Positions 62,905 to 64,000 of a stretch of 64,000 nt of DNA are shown piece by piece; the stretch's first letter is position 1, and every line of letters begins with the position of its first letter. The position numbers and the translations under genes are program-made. The stretch lies in NCBI RefSeq assembly GCF_009914755.1, contig NC_060934.1. One strand, given 5' to 3'. The DNA comes from the human T2T-CHM13v2.0 reference genome, Homo sapiens. Below the pieces are notes generated by a model. The model was not told where the DNA came from. It saw only the letters and a list, made by a program, of their open reading frames with translations, and searched no databases.

Positions 62905-64000
62905 ATTTGATACAAACAAAAACTAAAGAATTTATTGTCAGCACATCTGCATTACAGAGAGTATAAAGGAACTTCTTCAGGCAGAAAGAAAATGATACCA
63001 GATGGCAATTTAGAAATATAAAGGAGTGAAACAGCCTCTGATGGGTAAAATACAGAAGATACTTTTTCCCATATTTTCCATTTTTTAAACTGATAATTGA
63101 TTGATTAAAGTAAAAGTAATAACAATGTATTATGTAGTTTATAACATGTAGGACAATTTATGACAACAACAGCATAAAGGATGGGAAAGTAAAGGGAAAT
63201 GCACTGTCGTAAATTTTTTACACTGCGCAAGAAATGATTTAATATTATTTGAACTTAGACAGTTATAAGTTAATGATATACATTGTAAAGTGTAGATCAA
63301 CCACTGAAAAAATGGCAAAGAGGCATACATAATAAGCCAATTGTGGAGATAATATGGAATCACTAAAAATACTCAATCCAAAAGAAGTCAGATAAAGAGA
63401 AAAAAGGAGCAGAACAGATGAAACAAACAGAAAATAGATGGCAAGATGATATGTGTAAATCCAGTGACATATTAACGTATGCCAAATGTATATAGTCTAA
63501 ATACTGCCTTTCAAAGGCAGATACTTTCATATTGAAAAATAAAGCAAGATGCAACTACATCCTTTCCACAAGAAACCCAAATGCACTTCATGTCCAAAGA
63601 TGCAGGTAAGTTAAGAGGATGGAAAAGATATTCCATGCAGATAATAATCAAAAGTAAGCTGGAGTGACTATGTTACTGTCAAACAAAAAAGTAGATTTCA
63701 GAGGAAAAAATATTATCAGGTCATATGAGATAAAGAAGGACATTTCTAACAATAAAGGGGTAAAGTCATTGACGAGAATGTTAAAAACTAAATGTGATTG
63801 CACCCATTAGCAGGGCTTCAAAATACATGAAGCAAAAGCTAGTAGAAGTGAAAGGGAAAATAAACAATTTCACAACTATTAATTGGAAATTTCAACACTC
63901 CTTTCTCAGTAATTATTGGAACAAATAAAAGTTAGTAATGATCTAGAATACTTGACAACAGTATCAATCAATTTGATTAATCAACATTTAGAGAACAGTC
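62905..64000 (+). mobile_element. Old L1M, ORF1 end to ORF2 endonuclease region
   Basis: GGATGGAAAAGATATTCCATGCA, AAGCTGGAGTGACTAT, AAAATACATGAAGCAAAA, TTCAACACTCC EN-domain motifs. Confidence 0.8.

Overview
Primate (human-like) nuclear DNA that looks intergenic or lncRNA-type. It is dominated by interspersed repeats: Alu, L1PA/L1M, L2, MIR, ERV/MaLR LTRs, and Tigger/MER DNA transposons. I can support no intact protein-coding gene; nearly all ORFs in the supplied track are repeat-derived or chance ORFs. The recognisable non-repeat items are: (i) a CpG-island promoter-like region at ~12.5-13.9 kb, with RFX/EBF/E-box motifs and a ~50-bp GC-box minisatellite; and (ii) a 5'-truncated processed GLUD1 retrocopy (last 19 codons, 3'UTR and polyA, minus strand) nested in an old L1 and itself split by an Alu. 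Unusual structures include a near-perfect ~52-bp palindrome, two locally templated insertions, an old duplicated exon-like cassette, and an L1PA junction with no target-site duplication. None is demonstrably a new biological system. The best candidates for follow-up are the orphan CpG-island transcription unit and the duplicated exon-like cassette. Repeat subfamily names come from recalled consensus sequences, and repeat boundaries are approximate.
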